Assembly: GCF_030028105.1 (NCBI RefSeq)
Contig: NC_092373.1
Span: forward strand, 84,569,288 to 84,633,287
DNA: 64,000 nt
From: Mobula birostris
Lineage: Eukaryota
Direction: 5' to 3'
Shown: piece by piece, positions 24,651-36,437 of the stretch
How the letters are laid out: each line of letters opens with the position of its first letter
Position numbering within the stretch: the stretch's first letter is position 1
Position numbers and translations under genes: made by a program
The notes under the pieces: model-generated
Told to the model about the DNA's origin: nothing
Seen by the model: the letters and a program-made list of their open reading frames with translations, nothing else
Databases searched by the model: none

Positions 24651-25204
24651 CATCATCCAGATCCAACAAGCCTTGTTGCAGCAGATGTTAATGCGAGAGA
24701 AGAACAAGGTCGATTCACTTGTCCTTCCAGTGAATTTGGAAAACTTAGTCAAGAACACATTGGTGCTAACATTCCAGTGCTTTAGGATGCCGGCTGCATG
24801 TGGTCCCAGTCTCAGAATTTTAAATGAGAACAGGGATCGATTTCTGACAGCACATCATCTTCACACTTGTTAAGCTGTTCTGACTCCAACTTGTATACAA
24901 GTCCTCTTAAATGTTTGTGCTGTTTCCAATGATCTGTATGGACGGCATGTATAACAAAGTAGCTGCTACAATAATACATGAATTAACCAACCTCAAGAAA
25001 CTGCAGTGACACAAAGTACAAAATTTAAAATACAATCATAATGCAAAATATTCACATAAAATCCATTTCTACCACCAAACAATAATAGAATAACTATAAT
25101 TTTGATGGCTTCAAAGGAAAACAAATTAATATTAATTTTGAATGACCTGCAGAATGGGAACTTCCCTCTCATCCTTATTCAACCCAAACCCCCTAAATCC
25201 CACA

Positions 25205-26074
25205 ACTCTCTTCTCCTACGCTCCCAACTGCTCTTCCCCATGACCCTCCAAACCCCTTCCCCTATGACCCTCCAAACCCCCTCTTCCCCATGACCCTCCA
25301 AACCCCCTCTTCCCCATGACCCTTCAACACCTCTCTTCCCCAAGACCTTCCAACCCCCCTCTCCCCATGACCTTCCAACCCCCCTCTTCCATGACCCTCC
25401 AAACCCCCTCTTCCTCTATGCTCCGAAACCCTCTCTTCCCCTATGACCCTCCAACCTCCCTCTTCCCCTATGATCCTCCAAACCCCCTCTTCCCTATGAC
25501 CCTCCAACACCTCTCATCCCCTGACCTTCCAACCCCCCTCTCCCCATGACCCTCCAAACCCCCTCTTCCTCTATGCTCCCAAACTCTCTCTTCCTCTATG
25601 ACCCTCCAACCTCCCTCTTCCCCTATGACCCTCCAACCCCCTCTTCCCCTATGACCCTCCAACCTCCTCTTCCCCTATGACCCTCCAACCCCCCTCTTCC
25701 CCATGACCCTCCAACACCCCTCTTCCCCCATGACCCTCCAAACCCCCTCTTCCTCTATGCTCCCAAACCCTCTCTTCCCCTATGGCCCTCCATCCCCCCT
25801 TACCCTATGACCCTCCAACCTCCTCTTCCCCTATGACCCTCCAACCCCCCTCTTCCCCATGACCCTCCAACACCCCTCTTCCCCCATGACCCTCCAAACC
25901 CCCTCTTCCTCTATGCTCCCAAACCCTCTCTTCCCCTATGGCCCTCCATCCCCCCTTACCCTATGACCCTCCAACGCCCCTCTTTCCCTACGACCCTCAA
26001 GCCACCCTCTTCACCCAGTGCCCCCAAACCCCCCTTTCCCTTACGCTCCCCAACGCCCTTATTCCCCAAACGCC
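25205..26074. repeat. C-rich minisatellite, unit about 26 bp (ctcttcccctatgaccctccaaacccc)
   Basis: About 30 diverged tandem units; a higher-order block of about 156 bp is repeated near 25650-25960. Confidence 0.95.
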
Positions 26075-26485
26075 NNNNNNNNNNNNNNNNNNNNNNNNNN
26101 NNNNNNNNNNNNNNNNNNNNNNNNNNNNNNNNNNNNNNNNNNNNNNNNNNNNNNNNNNNNNNNNNNNNNNNNNNNNNNNNNNNNNNNNNNNNNNNNNNNN
26201 NNCCCCCTCCCCCCCCCTCTCCCCCCCCTCCCCCCCCCTCTCCCCCCCTCTCCCCCTCTCCCCCCCTCCCCCCCCCTCTCCCCCCCTCCCCCCCCCTCTC
26301 CCCCCCTCCTCTCCCCCCCTCCCCCCCCCTCTNNNNNNNNNNNNNNNNNNNNNNNNNNNNNNNNNNNNNNNNNNNNNNNNNNNNNNNNNNNNNNNNNNNN
26401 NNNNNNNNNNNNNNNNNNNNNNNNNNNNNNNNNNNNNNNNNNNNNNNNNNNNNNNNNNNNNNNNNNNNNNNNNNNNNNNNNNNNN
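26075..26485. repeat. Two assembly gaps (26075-26202, 26333-26485) flanking a pure C/T (CCCCCCT)-like tract
   Basis: Seen directly. Confidence 0.95.
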
Positions 26486-26599
26486 CACAGCACGCGCACG
26501 CGCACACACACAAACGCGTCTCCGCCTTTATGAACATGGTCTCTCGGCCCTGTCCTCACCGGAAATCACTTGACGTGCCGGAAGTGAACACCAACAAGC
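26486..26599 (+). promoter_or_regulatory. CpG-rich PARL promoter/5'UTR with NRF1, two ETS/GABP and CRE-half motifs
   Basis: CGCGCACGCGCA at 26493-26504 (NRF1 consensus YGCGCAYGCGCR), CCGGAAAT 26559-26566, TGACGT 26571-26576, CCGGAAGTG 26578-26586. CpG-rich to about 26930 in an otherwise CpG-poor window. Confidence 0.75.
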
Positions 26600-26667
26600 A
26601 TGGCGTCTGTGTGCTGTGCGGCGGCTGTTTCCCGGCTCCTGAGGGCGGGGAGTGCCCGGGGCAGCAG
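26600..26667 (+). CDS. parl: PARL exon 1 (mitochondrial presequence MASVCCAAAVSRLLRAGSARGS)
   Basis: ATG in good context (AGCATGG) inside the CpG island. Arg/Ser/Ala-rich peptide with no acidic residues. The donor CAG|GTATGA is phase 2 and joins in frame to exon 2. Confidence 0.8.
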
Positions 26668-27285
26668 GTATGAGGGCGACCTGGGAAGGCCAGGATTTCA
26701 CTGGAGTGCGGGTGGCAGAGATCCAGTGTAACAGAAGCAGAATCGGGCAGCGTTGTACAAGTTTCTGCGGCCGATATGCCGTCCCGGTGTCCCCATCGCA
26801 CTCCTTCCCCGCTCACTCTTCAATTTCCGGAGCCCACACCTTCTCTCCCAGCACCCTTCCCAAACGCATACCTTGCCCATATCCCCATCTCACCTTCCTC
26901 CAACCCGCTAAAGCCCGCACTCCTTACAACCCATATCCACCTACCAACGCCACCTCCACCTGTCTGCTATACTTCCAGCACCTAGATCCCCACCCAGCCA
27001 TTCAGTACCAACCTCCTCCATCTTCTACTTTCTAGGCTGCTTTTCTCCCCTCTTCCTCCTTTGCCCAGTGCTTCTTGCTCTGCTTTCCTTCACCCCCTTT
27101 CTATTCTGCATTTTTTTTTATCCCCATCACAACATTTTGGAATGAAGAATCCAAGAAGTCACAATCTCAAAAGGGACGCAAGAACAGGGAGGTCTTTGGT
27201 GTTTCTGTTTAATTCGTTGTAATTGGTAGGAAAACAGCAGGGAAACCCTTTAATTGTTCAAGTTTGTAATACCATTCATCTAGAT

Positions 27286-27363
27286 CAGGGGTTGCCAACC
27301 TGGAGCCCACGGACTTCTTTAATGGTAGGGGTCCATGGCATAAAAAAAGGTTGTGAACCCCTG
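27286..27363. mobile_element. 78-bp hAT (Charlie-type) MITE
   Basis: TIRs CAGGGGTTgcCAACCT / AGGTTGtgAACCCCTG; exact 8-bp TSD ATCTAGAT at 27278-27285 and 27364-27371. Confidence 0.88.
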
Positions 27364-29206
27364 ATCTAGATTGTGGCTGACCCACCTCATCCTCATTGTC
27401 CTCTCCCTTAAATTCCCCTAAAATCCAGAAATCTGTTGACCTCTTTTATTGATTTGAACTTGATGCCTGAGACCCATGGACATCCAGAGTAGAGAATTTA
27501 AAATATTCACTTCCTCAATAGGAAGATCCTCCTTTCCGGTCCATGCTAAGTGCCCTGCTCTCGATTCTAAGAGTGTGATCCATGAGTCTAAATGATCTAC
27601 TTATCTGTTCTGTGCACCAAAATAAGTGAATGACTTCATGCTTTTCCATATTATGCTGCCCCTGACATTTCTTCCATACTTAATGTGATTATACCACAAT
27701 TAGTGTTTTTTCATCCTACCTTCCCAACTAACCAGAATTATCAGACAACTTATTTGGTACCCCTGGTTAAGTCATTGACGTAGATTGTAAACAGTCGAGC
27801 TTGAGGACTGATCTGTGTTGCAGTCCATGAGTCCGAGCCCATGAATCCAAGAACAATGTTTTTTCACGCTCTGATTTTGTCAGATAACTAATTCATAATC
27901 CATGTAATACTATAAAATACTTATGATGACACCATTTGTAGTATGGGTGGCTCACTGCACTAGCAACTTGGGTTCAATCCTGGACTCTGACGTTTAGTGT
28001 AGGATTGGGATTACCATGCTTGTCAGTCTGGGCTGAAGGGTCCATTTCTCTGTAGTTTGACTATTGACCCCCAGATCTGCATTCTTTAACTTTATTAACC
28101 AACATCACCCATGGGACTTTTGAACTCCAAATGGATCACATCGACTGGTTCTCCTTTGTATCTATTCTATGAGTCACATTCTTAAAGAACTAAATATTAT
28201 TAAATATTATTTTTTGTTTCATAAGTCCATTCTGACTCTAATGGTGTTCTAAATGCCATCCCTTCCACTGAAGTTAGGCTAACACGTAATTAGTTCCATG
28301 CATTGTCCCTCATCTCTTTTTAAATATTAGGGCTACATTTGCTATCTTTGAGGTCATAAAAACAGTTCCAGAATCTGGAATTTTGGTAGATCATAGCCAA
28401 AATGCTCACAACAGCCACATCCTTTAAGCTGTTGAGATATTGATCATTAAGTTATTGGGCTTATCTGCTTTTAGACTCACTAACTTTTGCATTCTTTTCT
28501 AATGCATATTCCCTTGATATTCTGGCATTTTGGGCAAGTATTTTTATTTAATTAATTCCTCTCTGCTTTCCTTATTCTCCTTTATAAAATCACTGTCTAG
28601 AAGAGATCGATGTTAGTTCTTTCCCTGTTTTATGTCTAACAGAGCTCTAGTATTTAATAGCATGTATATCTTCCCTGTGAATCGCACATGGTCGACATTT
28701 CCTCTGGGCTTGTGCCTAATGTTTTGCAGCAAATCATGTACATCATAACTTCCAATGCATTTTTCAAATCATCAAGATTCAATTCACTTCAAACCTTCGA
28801 TTAAATTGCTCAAGCTCTGTAAAATTTAATCACTATGAACATGCTTCCTAATGGCCCTTTTAGGGTGATTGTCAATTTCTCATTGCACAAAATGAGATTC
28901 AAAATAGCTTTTCCTCTTCAATATTGACTCAGAAATATACTTTTGTGACATGTTTCATGAATTCATTCCCCACCTTATTACCTCAATTTGACTTGTCCAA
29001 TGTATGTAGTTTGATGTTTTCTGATTACTTTACTACATCGTGTTCCTTTCACCTGATTTATATCATATTCAATATAACAAACATTATTGGCAACATATTC
29101 ATCTCTTTAGTATTCTTTGCCATTCCCTTTGTAATTAAATCATACTCTTTAACTTCTATTTGTGCCATTAAGAAAGCAGTTAGGGGGGAAAAAAACAAGA
29201 TCTTGC

Positions 29207-31366
29207 TGAGGCACAGTGACAACTCGCGGATGCCTCCTCTTATTTACCCCTCGATCGTGACCCCACTAAGGAGCACCAGGCCATTGTCTCCCACACCATC
29301 ACCGACTTTATCCGCTCAGGGGACCTCCCATCCACTGCTACCAACCTTATAGTTCCCACACCTCGCACTTTCTGTTTCTACCTCCTACCCAAGATCCACA
29401 AACCTGCCTGTCCTGGCGGACCTATTGTCTCAGCTTGCTCCTGCCCCACCGAACTCGTTTCTGCATACCTCGACACGGTTTTATCCCCCCTTGTTCAATC
29501 CCTTCCTACCTATGTTCGTGACACTTCTCACGCTCTTAAACTTTTCGATGATTTTAAGTTCCCTGGCCCCCACCGCTTTATTTTCACCATGAATGTCCAG
29601 TCCCTATATACTTCTATCCCCCATCAGGAAGGTCTCAAAGCTCTCCGCTTCTTTTTGGATTCCAGACCTAATCAGTTCCCCTCTACCACCCCTCTGCTCC
29701 GTCTAGCGGAATTAGTCCTTACTCTTAATAATTTCTCCTTTGGCTCCTCCCACTTCCTCCAAACTAAAGGTGTAGCTATGGGCACCCGTATGGGTCCTAG
29801 CTATGCCTGCCTTTTTGTTGGCTTTGTGGAACAATCTATGTTCCGTGCCTATTCTGGTATCTGTCCCCCACTTTTCCTTCGCTACATCGACGACTGCATT
29901 GGCGCTGCTTCCTGCACGCATGCTGAGCTCATTGACTTCATTAACTTTGCCTCCAACTTTCACCCTGCCCTCAAGTTTACCTGGTCCATTTCCGACACCT
30001 CCCTCCCCTTTCTAGATCTTTCTGTCTCTATTTCTGGAGACAGCTTATCCACTGATGTCTACTATAAGCCTAGTGACTCTCATAGCTATCTGGACGATTC
30101 CTCTTCTCACCCTGTCTCTTGCAAAAATGTCATCCCCTTCTCGCAATTCCTCCGTCTCCGCCGCATCTGCTCTCAGGATGAGGCTTTTCATTCCAGGACG
30201 AGGGAGGTGTCCTCCTTTTTTAAAGAAAGGGGCTTTTCTTCCTCCACCATGAACTCTGCTCTCAAACGCATCTCCCCCATTTCACGTACATCTGCTCTCA
30301 CTCCATCCTCCTGCCACCCCACTAGGAATAGGGTTCCCCTGGCCCTCACCTACCACCCCACCAGCTTCCGGGTCCAACATATTCTCCGTAACTTCCGCCA
30401 CCTCCAACGGGATCCCACCAGTAAGCACATCTTTCCCTCCCCCTCCCTCTGCTTTCCGCAGGGATCGCTCCCTATGCGACTCCCTTGTCCATTTGTCCCC
30501 GCCCCCCCCATCTCCCTCCTGGCACTTATCCTTGTAAGCGGAACAAGTGCTACACATGCCCTTACACTTCCTCCCTTACCACCGTTCGGGGCCCCAGACA
30601 GTCCTTCCAGGTGAGGCAACACTTCACCTGTGAATCGGCTGGGGTGATATACAGCGTCCAGTCCTCCCGATGTGGCCTTCTATACATTGGCGAGACCCGA
30701 CGCAGACTGGGAGACCGCTTTGCTGAACACCTACGCTCTGTCCGCCGGAGAAAGCAGGATCTCCCAGTGGCCACACATTTTAATTCCACATTCCATTCCC
30801 ATTTTGACATGTCTATCCACGGCCTCCTCCACTGTAAAGATGAAGCCACACTCAGGTTGGAGGAACAACACCTTATATTCCATCTGGGTAGCCTCCAACC
30901 TGATGGCATGAACATCGACTTCTCTCACTTCCGCTAATGCCCCACCTCCCCCTCGTACCCCATCTGTTACTTATTTTTATACATACATTCTTTCTCTCAC
31001 TCTCCTTTTTCTCCCTCTGTCCCTCTGACTATACCCCTTGCCCATCCTCTAGGTTCCCCCCCCCCCACCCCGTCTTACTCCCTGGGCCTCCTGTCCCATG
31101 ATCCTCTCATATCCCTTTTGCCTATCACCTGTCCAGCTCTTGGCTCCATCCCTCCCCCTCCTGTCTTCTATCATTTTGGATCTTCATCTCCCCCTCCCAC
31201 TTTCAAATCTCTTACTAACTCTTCCTTCAGTTACTCCTGATGAAGGGTCTCGGCCTGAAACGTCGACTGTACCTCTTCCTGGAGGTGCTGCCTGGCCTGC
31301 TGCGTTCACCAGCAACTTTGATGTGTGTTGCTTGAATTTCCAGCATCTGCAGAATTCCTGTTGTTT
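29207..31366 (+). mobile_element. Penelope-like retroelement, 5'-truncated: RT + GIY-YIG endonuclease + terminal repeat
   Basis: FYLLPKIHK..CPGRPIVS, SLYTSIP, GVAMGTRMGP, RYIDD, FLDL, VIY...LLYIGET, HFNS, LEEQHLIF..G...PDGMN. 10-bp TSD AAGATCTTGC at 29197-29206 and 31367-31376. Confidence 0.95.
31233..31268 (+). ncRNA. Minimal type I hammerhead ribozyme motif in the Penelope terminal repeat
   Basis: actc-CUGAUGA-a-gggu(cucg)gccu-GAAA-cGUC-gacu; palindromic ACGU stem III. Stem I has one mismatch. Confidence 0.65.
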
Positions 31367-34300
31367 AAGATCTTGCCCTGTAGAGTACAACAGCAGGGAA
31401 GTCACTACAAGCTTTATGAAACAGTGGTTTGATAACAACTAGAATACTGTGTCTGGGAACTGTTCATTAGGAAAGATAGGCTCATACACAACAGAAAGAG
31501 GCTCTATTAATGCAGCATGTCCATGCTACTTGCTGTACCTACTTTAAATTTTATTTACCCATCTTAGGCTGTAGTCTTCTATGCTTTGTTGAGTTAGGTT
31601 CTTGTCTAGATGCTTTTTCATGTCGTGAAAGTATCTGCAATATACCTCTTCAAGCTATGCTGTTTCTGCTCAACTCTCTCTGAGCTATCACTTTAAACCT
31701 CTTGCCTCACCCTCCCACCATGGAATCCATCTACCCTATCACTCCGATTCATACTTTAAATAACTCTTTCAGGTCACCAGTCTCCTCTCCTCAAGGGGAA
31801 ACAAACCCATTCATCTCAATCTCTCCTTATAACTGTAATGCTCCAATTCATGCAATATCCTGTTGAATTTGCTCCACCACAGTCATATCTTTCCTGTTGT
31901 ATGGTGACTAGAACTGTACATAATATTTCATATGTGGCCTAACCACATTTTATGGGTCTGAAACATGACATTCTAGCTCTTATATTCCATGTCATGAGTA
32001 CCAATATGCCTTCTTCACTACCTTATTCATCTGCATTGTAAATTCCAATGATCTTTGGGTGTATCCCAAAGTCTCTCTGCTCGTCAACACTTCATAGGGT
32101 TTGTCACCTGTCTCAGCTTACCATAGAGGACCTTGTTAAAGGTCCATTTAGTAATGTATACAACATCTACTACACTTCCTCATTAATATGCTTAGTTGCC
32201 TTCTCAAAGAATTCTATCAGATTTGAGTGACCGTATTTCCCATGAACAAGGCCATCCTGACTATCCTTAATCAACCCCAGTCTTTCCTGGTAAAGATAAA
32301 TTCAGTACATTGGAATTTTTTTTCAATAATTTCTGTGCTACTGAAAAGTCTAGCATGTAGTTTCCAGACATCCTTGCTTCCCTTTTTGATTAAAAGAACA
32401 ATATGTGCTAAAGTCCAGTCATACAGTACTTTGCAGCTAATGAAAATGCAGAAGTACCTGTTAAGGTCCCAGTAGCCTCCTTTACCTCCCTCAGCAGCCT
32501 GGGCTACATTTCATCAGGCTCTGGGGACTTGCCCACCTTCATGTGTCCCAACACATCTAGCACTTCATCCTTCCTAATGCTGACATGCTGCTGAACATCA
32601 CTATTGTTTTTTCTAAACTCTCATTGTATCATGACTTTCTGGCTGAATGCAGAGAGAAGTATTTATCTGGGACAGCCCTTTATCCTTTGGCTTCACACTC
32701 AGATTTCCCCTATAATCCCAAAGGGGCCTGGTCTTTTTCAGATTACTTTTAAGAATACCTTGGAATTCACTTAATCCTGTCTTTTCATGACCTCTTTTTG
32801 CCCGCTAATTTACTTTCTAACACCCTCTATCTTCATAGTTATGCCATTTGCCATTGCTTATACCACAATTTTCAGGCCAAGACCCTTCATTAGTAATGGA
32901 AAGGTCCTTTCCATTCCTGAACCCAAAACATCAACTGTTTATTCCCCCTGCCTGACTTGCAGAGTTCGTTAAGCATCTTGTGTATGTTGCCTATCTATTG
33001 GATGCTGTTTTACTCAGAATCAGCTGCTCCTAATTTATCAGGTCCTGCTTAAGTTATTGAAATCACTTTCCCCCAATGAAAGCCTCTAATTTGCAGACCA
33101 TACTTATCACTCACCATAACAGCCTGAAACTTACAGAATTACAAATTCTGTTCCTGAAATACTCATCACTGACTCTTACGCCACTTGCCAGGCTGTTGGC
33201 CTATCTTCCTCCCTCTGTTAGGGGGGTCTGGCAGGGGGACTATAATATAACCCCACTAAAGAGATAGCCACTTCATTATTTATGTCTCTTTGGCAGAGCC
33301 TTCCAAGTCCTCCTTCCTGTCTACTACAGTGATGTTTTCTGTAAGCGATCGTATGATGCATCACAGGCTCCTTGTATTAAAACCAGTGCGCTTATGTTTT
33401 ATCACACACCCATCTGCTCTTGGGAAAATAATTCCAATGTATTTGGGCTGGAGATTCTGGTGATTTCTCTGTGCCAATGGAAAACAATTGCAAGGAAATC
33501 TAACAGGTATTTAAGGTCATGTAGCTAGAGCAAAACTTTACATTGCAGGGGATCAAGAACTAGAGGATGTAGAATGAAGGTGACTGGCAAAAGAACCAAC
33601 CCCAACATGAGGAAAATTTTTTTACAGCGAGTGTTCAGGGTCTGCAGTTCACTGCCAGGGATTGTTGTGGAGGCAGATTCAGTTAGGCATTCAGAGGGGA
33701 GTTGGATAAGTATCCGAAAGGGAATTATTTACAATGGAGTTAGTTCTATCGAATTGTTACTAGAACCCTTAAACACCTTTCAATGCTGTAAATATTATAA
33801 TTTATTCAGAGATCCCTTTAACCAATTTAACTCTTCGCCAGTTTACAAGTCTGTAATTTTATACACTTCAGTTAAATCTATGGTCATTTGGGCCACTGAT
33901 GAACTGATTACTCGGGCTCTGATTTGGGGTCCACTAACAAAGTGCTTCTTTGCATCCAGTTCCTCCTCCACAACTGCTGTTGACTTGAGCCATTGCTGTT
34001 TATCTTTTCACTGTCTGGCCTCTCTGAGCAGAGCTGAAGATTTATTTTCCATCCATATTCACTGCCATCCAATTGATATATAATAATTTATTTTCATTAG
34101 TGTGTCAAAGATTTGTAATTTATTTGTGCAGTATAATAGTTGTGAGTATTTACATGATCTGGAGGCTCGCTGGTTTTAAATGGTTTAAAATGGTTTCGAT
34201 TAGTAAATGTTGTCATGTTCAGTTACTAATGTCAGTAAGTAACTGAGATTAGCCTGGCCGTTTGTACCCTGTATGTCAATTTAATCTGGCAGCATTTCCC

Positions 34301-34403
34301 TCATTGCAGCACTTGGTGCCACCAGTAATGCAGCCCTGACACAATGTGTGGTGAGCTTTATCAAGTGCTGCGTTTCTCAAGAGTTCTGATCTTTATCTTT
34401 CAG

Positions 34404-34623
34404 GTTAATTTTTTATACTGTATCTAGACGTGGGTTTAGAAAAGCACCAAAGAAAAATGAACCTCGGAAAGTGGAACCAGAGAAAACGGCTCAGAAAGAT
34501 TTATCTTCGAATGTGAACCAGAAGAGCAAAAGCAGCCTGACCCCAATGCTGGAAGAGCCATTCCCATCTAAATCAGCATTGTCATTCAGGCGACTCATCA
34601 AACCCTTCGTGTTTACTGTAGGG
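34404..34623 (+). CDS. parl: PARL exon 2
   Basis: ctttatctttcag| ... |gtaagt. Encodes LIFYTVSRRGFRKAPKKNEPRKVEP...RRLIKPFVFTVG (human GFRKAPRKVEP...SLIKPLFFTVG). Confidence 0.93.
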
Positions 34624-34839
34624 GTAAGTTGACATTGCTTGAACATAAATTCGTACCACTTCTGAAATAGTTGAGATATGCTGAGATATTCTTTCATGGG
34701 TACTGGCTACCTCTCGGTTTTGTTTGAGTTCCTCTGGGTTAACATCAACAGGCCATAAATTGACTATAGATTCTGTCTTTCCCACTGTACTTGTGTAGAC
34801 TCACTCTACAGAAGTCACGATAAGGAATGCTGATTGGTT

Positions 34840-35530
34840 TAAGTTTTAGACATGGAGGTTAACTGTTCCACACAATCAGGAAAGCTCACCAACGTCTGTA
34901 CTTTCTGAGGAGAGCTGGACTATGCACACCTATACTCACGACCTTCTGCAGATGTGCATTAGAGAGCATTCTAACAAGCTACATCACTATGGTACGGAAG
35001 CTGCTCTTCAGCGGAGAGGAAGGCTCTAAAATGGGTAGTCAAAACTGCCCAGTTCACCAGCAGCACCAGCCTACTCACCATCAAGGACATACTGTGTGTG
35101 TACAGAAAGGTGCTGGAAAGGGCCCAGTTTCACCATGGAGGATCCCACCCTTCATGGACTGTTTCTCCCACTCCCATCAGGGAGGAGGCTATATAGCATC
35201 TGCAGCAGTTCCACCAGACTAAGAAACAGTTACTTTCCTCAGGCAGTAAAGGCTGATCAACATCTCTAGCCACATCCCCACCACCGCTGCTTTTATCATT
35301 TCTTGTCAGCCGCCTTATGTACAAATACTTCTGTGCCTAGCATCACTTTATGGACATACAATCAATTTATGTATCAAACCTATCTTGTGCATTTATATAT
35401 ATCTTGTTATTGTGTTCTTTATCTTACTGTGTTTTTTTGTGTGTGCTGCATTGTATCCAGAGTAACAATTAGTTTTTTTTTCTCCTTTACACTTGTGTAC
35501 TGGAAATGACATTAAACAATCATGAATCTT
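34840..35530 (+). mobile_element. Rex1-like LINE 3' fragment
   Basis: Degenerate ESILT.CIT.WYG and PLPSGRRL motifs; tail aaacaatcatgaatctt. Confidence 0.75.
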
Positions 35531-35874
35531 CAGGATTGTTGATCAGGCAATGAACACAGTGAACTGGCTTTAAAATTTTGTTTGCCACATTAGCACTATG
35601 TTTTTGATTTCAATTTCTCACTGTCTTTTATTTTCTGTTCCACAATTCTGTTGCCTCTTTATCATTTGTAATCTGGTATGGTGCATTCCATGGTCTCATT
35701 ATTTTTAGCTGCAATTTTATTCTCATACAGTGTCATGTTATTTATGTATTTCATTACAGAAGGAGATAATCTATCTTTTCAGATCTATGCTAACTCCCAA
35801 CAGAACAGAGACCCAGTCGCTTCCACTGTTCACCCTGTTATACCCTCATAGCCCTATCATATAGCCATCAACTA

Positions 35875-36437
35875 TTGAGTATTGTGTGCAGTTTTGGTCC
35901 CCTAATCTGAGGAAAGACATCCTTGCCATAGAGGGAGTACAGAGAAGGTTCACCAGATTGATTCCTGGGATGGCAGGACTTTCATGTGAAGAAAGACTGA
36001 ATGAACTGGGCTTGTACTCGTTGGAGTTTAGAAGATTGTGGGCGGATCTGATTGAGACGTATAAGATCCTAAAGGGATTGGACAGGCTAGATGCAGGAAG
36101 ATTGTTCCCGATGTTGGGGAAGTCCAGGACGAGGGGTCACAGTTTGAGGATAGAGGGGAAGCCTTTTAGGACCGAGATTAGGAAAAACTTCTTCACACAG
36201 AGAGTGGTGAATCTGTGGAATTCTCTGCCACAGGAAACAGTTGAGGCCAGTTCATTGGCTATATTTAAGAGGGAGTTAGATATAGCCCTTGTGGCTACGG
36301 GGGTCAGGGGGTATGGAGGGAAGGCTGGGGCGGTGTTCTGAGTTGGATGATCAGCCATGATCATAATAAATGGCGGTGCAGGCTCGAAGGGCCGAATGGC
36401 CTACTCCTGCACCTATTTTCTATGTTTCTATGTTTCT
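35875..36437 (+). mobile_element. Young CR1 3' fragment
   Basis: Open ORF 35886-36341 (VQRRFTRLIPGM...NFFTQRVVNLWNSLP); (tatgtttc)n tail. Confidence 0.92.

Noticed and set aside
25205-26074. CRISPR-like array
   Set aside because: Contiguous tandem units without unique spacers, in eukaryotic DNA.
25938-26673. Long Pro-rich and Gly-rich ORFs
   Set aside because: Artefacts of the C-rich minisatellite and N gaps.
27380-29190. Additional very old CR1-like - strand debris (also about 31500-33400, 44600-45400, 46510-46860, 52490-53040, 56090-57140, 60600-60880, 62690-63520)
   Set aside because: Recognisable only as scattered motifs; boundaries cannot be supported by eye, so they are not listed as features.
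33574-34083. 169-aa ORF in PARL intron 1
   Set aside because: The N-terminal part is a decayed CR1 3' end; the remainder has no recognisable homology or compatible splice signals.
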